From assembly GCA_963845755.1 (NCBI GenBank), contig CAWJTV010000009.1, positions 128,001-192,000 of the forward strand: a DNA stretch of 64,000 nt, given 5' to 3'. Origin of the DNA: an uncultured Planctomycetota bacterium (lineage in GTDB: Bacteria; Planctomycetota; Planctomycetia; Isosphaerales; Isosphaeraceae). Each line of letters opens with the position of its first letter. The first letter of the stretch is position 1. The notes beneath the pieces were generated by a model. The model was not told the DNA's origin. It saw nothing but the letters and a program-made list of their open reading frames with translations, and did no database searches. Shown here in pieces: positions 1-10,246 of the stretch. Made by a program: the position numbers and the translations under genes.

Positions 1-164
1 CGAAGGGGAATGATCCGGGAATCCGGAATCGCGAATCCGGAATCCGGAATCCCCAGATGTGCGGAGGGCGCAGGGAGCCTACGGAGGACGACTCGAACGC
101 GGCCTTGGAACGCTGACGAAACAACTTCCCGGAATCGGACCAGCCCTAACTCGTTCCCACGCTC

Positions 165-370
165 GGAATGCCGACGAAATAACTTCCCGGATTCCGGAGG
201 TACTTAGTGACTATCTCGGAAGGTCTTTGTAGGGTGCTCTGTGAGCACCGATCCGGTGTACTTTGCCGAATTCGGTGCTCACAGAGCACCCTACGAGACG
301 GCCATTGAGGCTTCCAGGACAGACTCGTACTTACCAGCGGGTTTTCGGGAAGTTGTTTCGTCAGCGGTCT
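165..370. repeat. Nested REPIN carrying a GTAG-type REP pair
   Basis: Ends ggaatgccgacgaaataacttcccg / cgggaagttgtttcgtcagcgg. Internal inverted pair gtagggtgctctgtgagcaccg (229-250) / cggtgctcacagagcaccctac (273-294). Confidence 0.75.
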
Positions 371-462
371 CTGCGTGGGAATGCCTTCTTCGACGCTCTG
401 CGTCGCGGCCTTCGGCCCCGCCCGTGGGACGCGGAGCGTCCCGGACGGCATTCCCACGCGGA

Positions 463-613
463 GAGGCTGTGATTTTTTTGTACGACGACTGTCAGATCGG
501 ATCAACTGTACACGATTTCGGTGCCCCTAATGAGCCCCGAATCGATGCTCAGGACGATCAACGGCGATTCGGGGCTCAATAGACAGCGTCGCCGATCAAA
601 AAATCACAGCCTC
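463..613. mobile_element. 151-bp MITE with terminal inverted repeats and a 3-bp target duplication
   Basis: TIRs gaggctgtgattttt / aaaaatcacagcctc, flanked by GGA (460-462 and 614-616), inserted in the cccacgcggagcgtggg palindrome. Confidence 0.8.
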
Positions 614-679
614 GGAGCGTGGGAACGAGGGGAAATCGGGAGGTTGTTTCGTCAGCGTTCCTCGGCCGCAACCCAATCG

Positions 680-850
680 AGATTCCGGATTCCCGAAGGG
701 GAATCAATGGGATTCCCGATTCGCGATTCCCGATTCCCGAAGGGGAATCAATTGGGATTCCCGATTCGCGATTCCGGATTCCCGAAGGGGAATGATTCGG
801 GAATCCGGAATCTCGAATCCGGAATCTCGAATCCGGAATCCGGAATCCCC
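680..850. repeat. Low-complexity GATTCC/GGAATC 7-mer tandem and inverted repeats
   Basis: Runs of attcccg/attcgcg followed by gaatccg/gaatctc. Similar tracts at 1-55, ~8015-8072, ~20515-20556. Confidence 0.7.
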
Positions 851-888
851 AGATGCGCGCCCGGCGCAGGGAGCCTACGGAGGAAAAC

Positions 889-1264
889 TTTGACACTCCT
901 CGCTCATCACTACCTCGGTTCGAGACTGTTCCCTACGCCGAAGGCGTTAGACAGCACAGCCCAGGGTCGCCGCAAGGCGGCACCCTGGGAAGCGATCCGC
1001 TCAGAACACCCGTACCCCAACGGGGTTCCACAACCGAGTCCGCCCCATCGTCCCCCGCGGTACCCGGTGCGCCTGCGGCGACCCCGGGCTGTGTTGTGTA
1101 ACGCCTTCGGCGTAAGGACACGATGGTGGATAGTCTCCCCGCGGTACCCAGGTGCGCCTGCGGCGACCCTGGGCTGTGTTGTGTAACGCCTTCGGCGTAA
1201 GGATCGCAACCCAATCCCACGGGTGGCTCCAGGAACCCGGTGGCGTTCGGCGAGGAGTGTCGAA
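889..1264. repeat. REP cluster (tacgccgaaggcgtta family) inside short inverted ends
   Basis: Left arm from 931, two right arms (~1052-1117 and ~1137-1203). Enclosing inverted repeat tttgacactcctcgc / gcgaggagtgtcgaa. Confidence 0.7.
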
Positions 1265-1268
1265 AACT

Positions 1269-2644
1269 TTACTTCAACGGGCGTTTCCAATGCCCGGCGC
1301 CGGCAGGATGGACGACACCGATCGCGACCTCCTGGACCATCGCGATGTCGGCCGCGGTGGCCTGGAGTGTCGGGATGGCCCTGGACGGGCTCAATGCCAA
1401 TGAGCTGACACTCACGGCCTTCCGGCGCGGCGTTCGGGGCTGTTCAGTGCGGACCGCGTGCTGGCTCAATGCCAATGAGCTGACACTCACGGCCTTCCGG
1501 CTGAGGACGAATACGGCGTTGGCTTCCGCCTGTCCATCGTGATTGCTGTCGATGAACCGGCCGAGGTTATCTTGCAGGCCGCTCGGGGGTACTCCGTTGA
1601 CCTGGAGCTGGACCGGCTTTGTGAGGGCGAAGGGCTTCTTTGGCGTCAACGTCACCTCGTTGAGCGTCGGGTTATACACCGCCGATTTCAAGGCGACGAC
1701 CTTGGCATTCCTGGCCGTGAACGACTCTTTCTTGCCCGGCGTCGCCAATCGATAGGTCCCCACGCGATTCGCCTCGGCGACATTCACTGCGCCGCTGAAG
1801 TCAACCGTGACCTGGGTGACCATGTGCGTCTTGTTCCGCACGAACTGGACGTTCGTCACAGAGACCAGAGGAGGTGTCGGGGTCGGCATGGGCATCGGCA
1901 TTGGCATCGGCATCGGCGTTGGCGTAGGCGTTGGCGTGGGTGCAGACGCCGATGTTGTCACGGTGAACGGAGTGGAATCGCTGAGACCGTCGAAAGAGGC
2001 GCTAATCGTGACACTGCCCGCGGCGACGCCGGTCACCAGTCCCTGCGATCCGGGGGCGTTGGAAACCGTAGCCACCGCCGGGTTGGAAGAGGTCCAGGTT
2101 GCTTCGGCGCTCACGTCCTCATCCGTCGTAATGTTGTCGGCGTACATGCTCATGGCCATGAATTGCTGGGTGGTGCCCGAGGGAATACGATAGTTGGCCG
2201 GCATCAGCATGATCATGGTGAGAGGCGATGGCGGAAGGACGATGATCGTCCCAAACATGCCGCTCGCCGTCCCGTTTCCGTTGTCGGTCCCGCCGACCGT
2301 GGAGTAATAGGCGAACGTCCCCACATGCGTGAAGGTGTGATCAAACGTGGCGCCGGCGTTGAGCAAGCCGGAATCCCACTGTTCCACGCTTCCCCTCACT
2401 GAGGTCGTGCTGAGATCGTTCGAATCCCACACCCATTCGACGGTGTCTCCCACGTGGACCGTCACGGGATTCGGGGCGAATGCCCCGGCGATGACGTCAA
2501 CCCCGGAACTGGCCAGGAGCGCGCGGTTCTCCAGCGATTCCAGGTCGGGCGCCGGGCCGATCGCGGCCTACGTGCGTCGGGCCGGCTCCCGGGCATCGAT
2601 GCGACGAAGAACCGACTCAACCGCTCGCCGAGAGATCGCGACAC
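1269..2644 (-). CDS. Secreted cupredoxin-like + Ig-like (Big_2) protein lacking type-1 Cu ligands; 5' frameshift near 2555-2570
   Basis: DLESLENRALLA motif in frame upstream of ORF 1269..2465. N-terminus MSRSL.. matches the paralog at 4026. TVHVGDTVEW and WTSSNPAVATV motifs, PT/PM linker. Confidence 0.75.
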
Positions 2645-2784
2645 CAGAGGATCCTCCCTGTATCAAGAAGTAATGTTTACGTTGTTATTTTGTATGATCA
2701 GAATGCAACGATCGAGCTGGCTCGCGTCGGAAACGGGCCGGCCGCCGTCGAGGCCGGCCCGTTTCCCGGTGTGGGACGCGGGAT

Positions 2785-4026
2785 TCAAGCCATCGGCCCC
2801 GACTTGTGCTTCGAACCCGCGGAGGCGGCCGACGAAGTCACATCACTCGTCACGGCCACGTCGGGCGTCAGGGCAGCGATCGCCTGGAAGGTCGGAGCTT
2901 CGCCGGCGGACGTCGCGACGACGGCACTCAGGGTTACCCCCTTGGAGCGGAGCACGGCGACGGCGTTGCCGCCCGCCACGCCGTCGTGGTTGCCGTCGAT
3001 CAGCCGGCCCTCGCCGTCTTGCAGGCCCGCCGGCGGCAACCCCTCGACCTGGACCTGGACCGGCTTCGTGAGGGCGAACGGCTTCTTCGGCGTCAGCACC
3101 ACGTCGTTGAGCGACGGGTTATACACCGCCGATTTCAGCTTGATGACCTTGGCATTCTTGGCGGTGAACGAATTCTTCTTGCCCGGCATCGCCAACCGGT
3201 AGGTCCCCACGCTATCCGCCTGGGCGGCGTTCACCGCACCGCTGAAGTCGACCGTGACCTGGGTGACCATGTGCTTCTTGTTCCGCACGAACTGGACGTT
3301 CGTCATCGAGATCAGGGGCGGGGGAGCCGGGGGCGGCACGATCACCGTGAGTTGCGTCGCGCCGTTGAGGCCGTTCAACGATGCGGTGATGGTGGAAGTG
3401 CCCTGCCCCACGCCGGTCGCCAGGCCCTGCGAACCCGACGCGTTGGAGACGGTGGCCACCGATGTGTTCGAGGAGCTCCACGTCACCTGGCTCGTCAGGT
3501 CCTCCGTCGTGTTATCGGAGAGTGTACCCATGGCCATAAACTGCTCGCTGGCATTCGGGGCGATGCTCGGGTTGGCCGGCATCACCATGAGCGAACTGAG
3601 GGTTGCCGGGGCGAGGACGTCGATCGTCCCGCTCATGCCCCCCGCCGTCCCGTTCCCATTGTCGAACCCGTGAATCTTGCAGTAATAATTGAACGTCCCG
3701 GTCTGGTTGAATGTCTGATCGAACACGAAACCCGTGTTCTTCACGCCGGAGTCCCAGGACACGGCGCTTCCCGCCACCGAAGTCGTGCTGTGATCGCTCG
3801 TCTGCCAGACCCACTCGACGGTGTCGCCCGTGTGGATCGTCACGGTGCTCGGGCTGAATGCGAAGTTGACGACGTCAACGGTGACCGTGGTCAAGAGCGC
3901 CCGGTCTTCCAGGAATTCCATCGTGGGGAGTCGGCCCACTCGAGGCCGACGCACCCGATGGCGGCCCTGGGATGTCAACACGCCGAGCACCCGATGCAAC
4001 TGCGGATTCAAGAGCGATCGCGACAT
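2785..4026 (-). CDS. Secreted plastocyanin/azurin-family cupredoxin + Ig-like (Big_2) + planctomycete C-terminal domain
   Basis: LEDRALL motif, FAFSPSTVTIHTGDTVEW, ligands H(STTS)..YYCKIH..GM, WSSSNTSVATV. Confidence 0.85.
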   Translation of the reverse strand: MSRSLLNPQLHRVLGVLTSQGRHRVRRPRVGRLPTMEFLEDRALLTTVTVDVVNFAFSPSTVTIHTGDTVEWVWQTSDHSTTSVAGSAVSWDSGVKNTGFVFDQTFNQTGTFNYYCKIHGFDNGNGTAGGMSGTIDVLAPATLSSLMVMPANPSIAPNASEQFMAMGTLSDNTTEDLTSQVTWSSSNTSVATVSNASGSQGLATGVGQGTSTITASLNGLNGATQLTVIVPPPAPPPLISMTNVQFVRNKKHMVTQVTVDFSGAVNAAQADSVGTYRLAMPGKKNSFTAKNAKVIKLKSAVYNPSLNDVVLTPKKPFALTKPVQVQVEGLPPAGLQDGEGRLIDGNHDGVAGGNAVAVLRSKGVTLSAVVATSAGEAPTFQAIAALTPDVAVTSDVTSSAASAGSKHKSGPMA

Positions 4027-4430
4027 AGAATGATCCTCGGTTGTGGCTCAATCTCTCGAGCGATGGATGGAAGACTTTGTTCCCGTGCTTGTTCAGGCTC
4101 ATTGCGGTCGGGCGGACGAACGGCTCTGGAGGGGGACGGGAACGATGACCCCCGAGTGAACCCGGAGGCGCGCGCACCCGCCTCGTCAAGGACAGCGACC
4201 ACGAATCAAAAATGCCGATTCTCGGATTTAAGCGCTTCTCTGTCCGCAGATGAAACAACTGTCCCGAGAAACCGAGCTGATTCGGTTCGCCCAAGCTGAA
4301 ACCACCGAGTGGAAGTGATCCGCTACCCTCCTAAGTGGAGAGAACGAGGAGACGGGTTACATCTTTTTCTGAAAAGGGGCGCGCCGGACAGCCGTTATCC
4401 TGACATCATCGACGACGATGATGGCCCTTG

Positions 4431-4622
4431 GAACGCTGACGAAGCAACTTCCCGGAATCGGACCAGCCCTAACTCGTTCCCACGCTCTGCGTGGGAATGC
4501 CTTCTTCGACGCTCTGCGTCGCGGCCTTCGTCCCCGCCCGTGGGACGCGGAGCGTCCCGGACGGCATTCCCACGCGGAGCGTGGGAACGAGGGGAAATCG
4601 GGAGGTTGTTTCATCAGCGTTC
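4431..4622. repeat. REPIN/MITE, uninterrupted form of the 107-661 element
   Basis: Near-identical to the outer shell of 107-661, with inverted ends ggaacgctga..tcagcgttcc. Confidence 0.8.
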
Positions 4623-4982
4623 CTTGGGCCGTGGGCTTGGCAACGCGATCGTCTTCCGTTCCGCTGATCCCCGAATTCTGTAACCAATCGTCGGGATTCC
4701 GCCTCTATATTGGGGGAGAGTAACGAGCCCTGGCGAGTCCCGATCTGCCGGCGCAAATCTTTCCTTCTAGGGCGTGAGGCGGTCGCGAGAAAGGCTCCGT
4801 GGGGGGAAGGTGATTGTCCGCGGTCGCTGTGCAGCCATCCCGACCGCGACCGATGACTGCCTGAGATCGTGTCAGGCCGAGAAAAAAGCTGAAATGGGAT
4901 TCAGGCGCCGATATCTAGGGAAGGTTGACCGGTCTCGATCCCGGAGTTCGGGCGTGAGGATGGATCGCAGGAGGTTTTCCCA

Positions 4983-5753
4983 GTGAGCTGGATTCCAGAT
5001 CGGTATGCAGGTCGGCGCCGACCAAATCGGGAACAGGCTCCAGCGATCGTCGAGATCCTGGAGAGGCGCTCTCTCCTGGCCACGGTCACCGTGGACGTCA
5101 TCAATTTCGCCTTCAACCCGGACCCGGTGACCATCCACGTGGGCGACACGGTCCATTGGGTCTGGGACGCGGACGATCACAGCACGACTTCCGTGGCGGG
5201 GAGCCTCGAGTCGTGGGATTCCGGCGTTCTCAATACCGGTGCCACATTCGATCACACGTTCGAGCAAGCGGGAACTTACGTCTACTACTGTAAGATTCAT
5301 GGCTTCGACAATGGGAATGGGACCGCGAGTGGGATGGCTGCCTCGATCGTCGTCCTCCCCTCACCCACACCGACACCGACGCCCACACCGACACCGACGC
5401 CCACACCGACACCGACACCGACGCCCACACCGACGCCGACGTTTCCATCCGCGATTGGACGCTTCCGAGTTACACCCTTGAAAGTCCAGGCGACCCAATT
5501 CAAGACATATCACGGTCTAATTGCCAACTTCACCGACCCTCAGGTCACCCAGGCCCAGGGTTTCCACGTCAAGATCAATTGGGGGGACGGGTCCAAGCCA
5601 ACGCCTGGGCATGTTGAGGCCCGGGGCAAAGGCCGGTATTCGATCATCAGCCAGCACCGGTATGTCAAACCTGGCAGGTTCCACATAACCGTCACCGTTG
5701 GCGCACTCGGGAAAAAAATCCAGACGGAGAGCCTCGTGCGCGTCATCAGATAG
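4983..5753 (+). CDS. Secreted cupredoxin + PT linker + PKD/Ig-like domain
   Basis: LERRSLL motif, DHSTTS..YYCKIH..GM, (PT)n linker, INWGDG PKD-like motif. Confidence 0.85.
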   Translation: MSWIPDRYAGRRRPNREQAPAIVEILERRSLLATVTVDVINFAFNPDPVTIHVGDTVHWVWDADDHSTTSVAGSLESWDSGVLNTGATFDHTFEQAGTYVYYCKIHGFDNGNGTASGMAASIVVLPSPTPTPTPTPTPTPTPTPTPTPTPTPTFPSAIGRFRVTPLKVQATQFKTYHGLIANFTDPQVTQAQGFHVKINWGDGSKPTPGHVEARGKGRYSIISQHRYVKPGRFHITVTVGALGKKIQTESLVRVIR

Positions 5754-5891
5754 AGAATTGACACCAACCTACGCAAGCAAGACGACCTCCCCGTCACGAC
5801 ACCTCTGATTCGCGCGGGCTCGTCGGTCCTCTGAGCCGCGACGTACCCGAAACTGGATCCCATCCTTCAACGACGTTGGGATGAATCGATC

Positions 5892-6967
5892 ATGGACAAG
5901 GCACTTCCGAGCTGGCTCGTGGTTCCTGGGATCGCCCTATCTCTCCTCGCCGCCGAGATCCGATGGAGTGGAGCGGTCAGGGCCGCCGGATGGCCTGCGG
6001 AAAGGGATGACCAGGCCTCGAGCCCGGTCCGCTGGGCATTGCGGACCGAAGCCGCCGAAGTCGTGCAGGCCGCTTCGCCGCCCCAGTCCGCGACCAGCCG
6101 TCAGCCGAACTCGGAGCCGATGCCATCGGGAGCCGAGACGACCGAGCCACCGCGAGCGAGCACTTTCCCCGCAGCGGTCATCCAGGTTTACCGGGCGTCG
6201 TGTCTGCAATGTCACGACAACGATGGACGAGGCGAGGTTGGCCGCGCCGTGTCGTCGAAAATCCCGGATTTCACCCATCCGCAGTGGCAATCATCCCGGA
6301 CCGACCCTGAGTTGAGCCACTCGATCCTCGAAGGTAAGGGGAAATCGATGCCCCGGATGAAGGATAAGCTAGGATCCGTCGATGTGAAGCTGATGGTGGC
6401 TTTCGTGCGGGCGTTTCGCGGGGGAAACCAGGTCGTCGATGATGAGCCCGAGGAACCGCCGACAGCCGCGCAACCCTCCGAAACCCGGAGTCCCAACAGC
6501 GAGCGCCTACCCGTCCATGCGCCTTCGCCTCCCGGCCAGCAGGAGCCGAAGGTCCGGGAAGCCCAGCGACTCTTCCAGCGATCCTGCGTCGCCTGCCACG
6601 GTTCCGACGGCAAGGGGATGGGGATGAGAGACAACCTGCCGACCATCCCCGATTTTACCGTCCTCGACTGGCAACAGAAACGGAGTGACCCCCAGTTGGT
6701 CGTGAGCATTCTGGACGGCAAAGGGACCGGGATGCCGGCGTTCCGCGACAAGGTCGCCAGCGAGCGCGTCCGCGACCTGGTGGCGCTCATCCGCAGGTTC
6801 GCGCCGGGATGAGCCCATCGGCAGGATCCGCCCCGGACGATTTCGAGATCCGCTTCAATCAACTCTTCAAGGAGTTCGAGTCGCTCGATAAGCAGATCCG
6901 AGCACTCTCGCAGCCCGCATCGGGCAGCACCGCGGCACCCCCGGCGAAGGGAAGCCGCAACCGATGA
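5892..6967 (+). CDS. Dihaem c-type cytochrome; ORF stops at 6812 but probably extends to 6967 via a G-run frameshift
   Basis: Signal-like N-terminus, CLQCH and CVACH each followed by PDFT..W and a distal MP ligand. One extra G near 6808 adds a helical tail DDFEIRFNQLFKEFESLDKQIRAL. Confidence 0.85.
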
Positions 6968-7060
6968 AACGCAGTCATGTGGTTACCCACAGAAAACGGG
7001 TTCATCCGGATTTCGCGCCCGACCGATCAGGAAGCCGTGAATTGGTGACCACGAAGCCGC

Positions 7061-7280
7061 CACGAATCGCCCCGAAGGGGCCCCGACAAACCAGCCCGGG
7101 GCAACGCCCCGGGGACGCGTCGCCCACCCCAATCCCTGCCCTGAAGGGGCCAGACAAACCGGGCCGGCGGCCTGCACCTGTGTCGCCCTTTCAGGGCATT
7201 TTCCCGTTGGGGGCTCCGTTCCCGGGGCGTTGCCCCGGGCTGTTATCTTGCGGCCCCTTCGGGGCAAGGATTCGCCGTGG
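7061..7280. repeat. REP (gccccgaagggg / agcccggggcaacgccc family)
   Basis: Long imperfect palindrome with internal gccctgaaggggc / gccctttcagggc. A related copy is at 9430-9646. Confidence 0.8.
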
Positions 7281-7520
7281 GCGAGGCCAGATCACAACTC
7301 CACCGTTTTCAAGACCGGCGCGCCGGATCCGGATGAACCAGAAAAACGGTGGAGTCCCAAGAAACTAGTAACCGGGACCTGGGATCGGGGATCTGTTAAG
7401 GTGGGCCGCTCAAAGTTGGAGATGGCTTCGAGAGGTGCCGTGGTTGTTCTGGACCGAGATCAATGAGCCTCGACAAGAGTCATCGCTCGTCGAGAGCGAG
7501 ATTGGGAACAGGTCGGCCCT

Positions 7521-8000
7521 GTGGACTCTCAAACGCCCGACTCTCGCCTCCGAGTTCGCGTCCGCCAGCTCCTGGTGGCGATGATGTTCATCATGGCCGT
7601 TCCAGGCGTCTCGGCCGTCGAGGTCATGAGGCATCCGGCTCTCCTTGCCGATCGCCGGTCGTGTGAGTGTGCCTCGTGCTCTCGAGGTAAGCCCTGTTGT
7701 TGCCTCCCGGACAACCCGCCGACGCGATTTGAAGAGCAGCCCCCCGATCCGGCGACGCAGCCCTCCAGGCGAGGCGCCCGAGCCTGTGTGGGCGCCATCC
7801 CGTGCGGCGGGGATGAACCATCCGGAATCGTGAGTTCGCGCCTCCCCGTTCAGCAAGCCGACTTCCGGTTCCTGAGTCTCTCGACTCCGAGACCTCGCGG
7901 GTCGTACTGGACCATGCCCTCGTCGCTCCTCCGCTCATCCCTTCTTCGTGCCCGACTCGACGAACCCCCGGAACCGCGCGGCCACTCCGACGGCGTCTGA
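7521..8000 (+). CDS. Cys-rich exported hypothetical protein (DUF2946-like leader architecture)
   Basis: Hydrophobic signal segment, CECASC..PCCC and C..IPC, Pro-rich end RARLDEPPEP. Confidence 0.55.
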   Translation: MDSQTPDSRLRVRVRQLLVAMMFIMAVPGVSAVEVMRHPALLADRRSCECASCSRGKPCCCLPDNPPTRFEEQPPDPATQPSRRGARACVGAIPCGGDEPSGIVSSRLPVQQADFRFLSLSTPRPRGSYWTMPSSLLRSSLLRARLDEPPEPRGHSDGV

Positions 8001-8353
8001 GCCGCGACCCGGGCCGAATCCCAGATTTCCGATTCGGGAATCATCCCCATCTGGAATCTGAAATTCGGAATCGCCAGTATGTAAACGCGTTATTGATATC
8101 CTTCGGAGGGCGACGCGAATTCGTTGACCCGTACGCGAAGCGATCGCATCTTCGCGCAGCCAAGGCGCCGAGGAGCCGCCATCCTGCCGGCCCGAACCAA
8201 TCCGCCGTCACTCGCCGTGACGATCGGTTCCGGGGTGCGTTCGCCCCTCCCCGGGCACCGAGTTCGCATCCGGCGCGGATCCTGACGGGGAACGGCCCGA
8301 TGTCCCTTCACTTCCCTGGAATCATCACCATTATGTCAATAAGGGGAAATGAC

Positions 8354-9325
8354 ATGAATCGCCCCCGTGGTTTCACACTGATCGAGCTCCTGGTCGTCAT
8401 CGCCATCATCTCGGTGTTGATCGCCCTGCTCCTGCCCGCGGTCCAATCGGCCCGCGAGGCGGCGAGACGTGTTCAGTGCACCAACAATCTCAAGCAACTG
8501 GGGATCGCACTGCATAACTATCACGACTCGATCGGCGCATTCCCGCCCGGGTATTTGTCCCTGAAAGACCCGGTCACGTTCGACAACGACGGTCCTGGGT
8601 GGGGCTGGGCGGCCCGCTCCCTGGGTCAGATGGAGCAGGCTTCCCTGTTCAACAGCATCAATTTCCCGCTCGGGATCGAGTTTCCGGCCAACCAGACGGC
8701 CCGGCAGACGCTCCTCGCCTCATTCCTCTGCCCGTCCGATGCCTGGAGATCGGACAGATTCACCGTCGTCAACTCGAGCACCAGCGGTACCACGCCCGGT
8801 GCTCCGATCTGCGTGGTCGCATCATCGAACTACGTCGGGTCGTTTGGCAAGGGGGATCCTTCGAGCCTCTACCCTTACATCATGGATGCCGACGATGGCC
8901 CGCCCGGGCGCGACAATGGCGACGGTCTCTTCTACCGGAATAACTCGGTGAACATCGCCCAAATCCTGGATGGAAGCAGTCAAACCTTCGCCGTCGGCGA
9001 GCGGAGCCAGAACCTCTCTCGCGCGTGCTGGAGCGGGGCCGTTACGAACGCAGCCGTCCCCCTGGTGGCGCTCCAGGCCGAAGCCGGGCTCGACCCCGAG
9101 GGCGGTGGGGCGATGGTCCTGTCCCATACCGGCGAGGGGCACGGTCCCAATTCCCCCTCGGGCCTGGCCCACGGCGACCAATACTGGTCGCTCCATCCCG
9201 GGGGGGCCAACTTCCTCTTCGCCGACGGGAGTGTCCGTTTCATCAAGGAACAGGTCGGCTTCCAGATATTCCAGGCCCTCGCCACGCGAGCCGGCGGCGA
9301 GGTCCTTTCGGCCGATTCCTTCTGA
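8354..9325 (+). CDS. DUF1559 prepilin-type N-terminal cleavage/methylation protein
   Basis: RGFTLIELLVVIAII..LLLPAVQSAREAARR.QC.NNLKQ, and C-terminal SLHPGGANFLFADGSV (H-X9-DG). Confidence 0.95.
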   Translation: MNRPRGFTLIELLVVIAIISVLIALLLPAVQSAREAARRVQCTNNLKQLGIALHNYHDSIGAFPPGYLSLKDPVTFDNDGPGWGWAARSLGQMEQASLFNSINFPLGIEFPANQTARQTLLASFLCPSDAWRSDRFTVVNSSTSGTTPGAPICVVASSNYVGSFGKGDPSSLYPYIMDADDGPPGRDNGDGLFYRNNSVNIAQILDGSSQTFAVGERSQNLSRACWSGAVTNAAVPLVALQAEAGLDPEGGGAMVLSHTGEGHGPNSPSGLAHGDQYWSLHPGGANFLFADGSVRFIKEQVGFQIFQALATRAGGEVLSADSF

Positions 9326-9429
9326 TCCGGACCAGGCGCCCACCGCGGTGACTCGTTCGCATTGCTGTAACGGACACTCGAGTTCGAGACTTCTCGCTCC
9401 ATACCACCGAACTGGGACCGTCCGTGGCT

Positions 9430-9646
9430 GATTCTTGCCCCGGAGGGGTTGCAACAAACCAGCCTGGGGCAACGCCCCAGGAAGAAGGCGCCGATCTCCT
9501 CCCCGCCGAGCCCTGTAAGGGCGGCACAAGCCGGAGCAATCGCGGCCGCTGTACCGCCCTTTCAGGGCTTGATCTCTGGGAGCGATTCGATTCCCGGGGC
9601 GTTGCCCCGGGCTGGTTTGTTGCGGCCCCTTCGGGGCGAATCGTGG
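9430..9646. repeat. REP between convergent genes
   Basis: Same family as 7061-7280. Confidence 0.8.
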
Positions 9647-9690
9647 CGGTGTTTAGCGAGGAGTCTCCGATTTCTCGTATCACGCAGGGC

Positions 9691-10225
9691 CTAGGGGAGG
9701 GGTTGGGCAGCAGGTATCCCCGCGGCAGGCTGCTGTGGAGGCGCTCCCGCCTGGTCGCCGACCTGGAAGGGACCGGGCCCATTCGGCGGCGCCGCCGGCC
9801 TGGGCGTGGGGGCGTCTCCCCGTAGTTCGGCGATCGGCTGGGGGAAGACCGACCGCTTTGGCGAAGGCTCCACCGAGGGTGTCGGTGGGCCGACGTCGTC
9901 CCATCGCCGCAGAAAATACATGAGCTGACGGTATTCCTTGCCGGTGAGATAGGCCTGGTCGCGCATGTGCGTCATCGCCACGTGATAGTTGCTGAACGGG
10001 CGCTCGCCCAGCGGGCGCGCATTGTGGCATGAGCCGCAATACATCTTGAACAGTTGCCCCCCGGCCGCGGCGTCGTCGTACTCTCCCGTGAGTTCGCGAG
10101 GCGGGTTGAACGGGCATGCCCTCCTTCGTGCTGTAGTTTCGGCTGATCGTATGCGGTGAAGGGGTCTCGCAGCCCGCCACGAGGACGACAAGCACAACCA
10201 GCCCAGGCCGACAGAGACGATTCAT
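9691..10225 (-). CDS. Monohaem cytochrome c lipoprotein (frameshift near 10120)
   Basis: MNRLCRPGLVVLVVLVAGC lipobox in one frame; GGQLFKMYCGSCH..THMR in the next. Confidence 0.8.
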
Positions 10226-10246
10226 CGTGCCCACCTCCTTCGTCGT

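Larger units (their letters stand above)
107..661. mobile_element. Composite MITE/REPIN with two nested insertions
   Basis: Inverted ends ggaacgctgacgaaacaacttcccg (107) and cgggaggttgtttcgtcagcgttcc (to 661) enclose a cgttcccacgct..gcgtgggaa REP. An uninterrupted copy is at 4431-4622. Confidence 0.8.

Noticed and set aside
1..1290. ORFs of 65-221 aa at the window start
   Set aside because: They are translations of REP/MITE and heptamer repeats with no protein-like features.
1388..1501. Two perfect 39-bp repeats separated by 36 bp, resembling a mini CRISPR
   Set aside because: Only two copies, with a 75-bp in-frame period inside a CDS (RKAVSVSSLALS duplication), and no cas genes.
5362..5441. 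ACACCG/ACGCCC tandem repeat as a non-coding VNTR
   Set aside because: It encodes the (PT)n linker of the cupredoxin.
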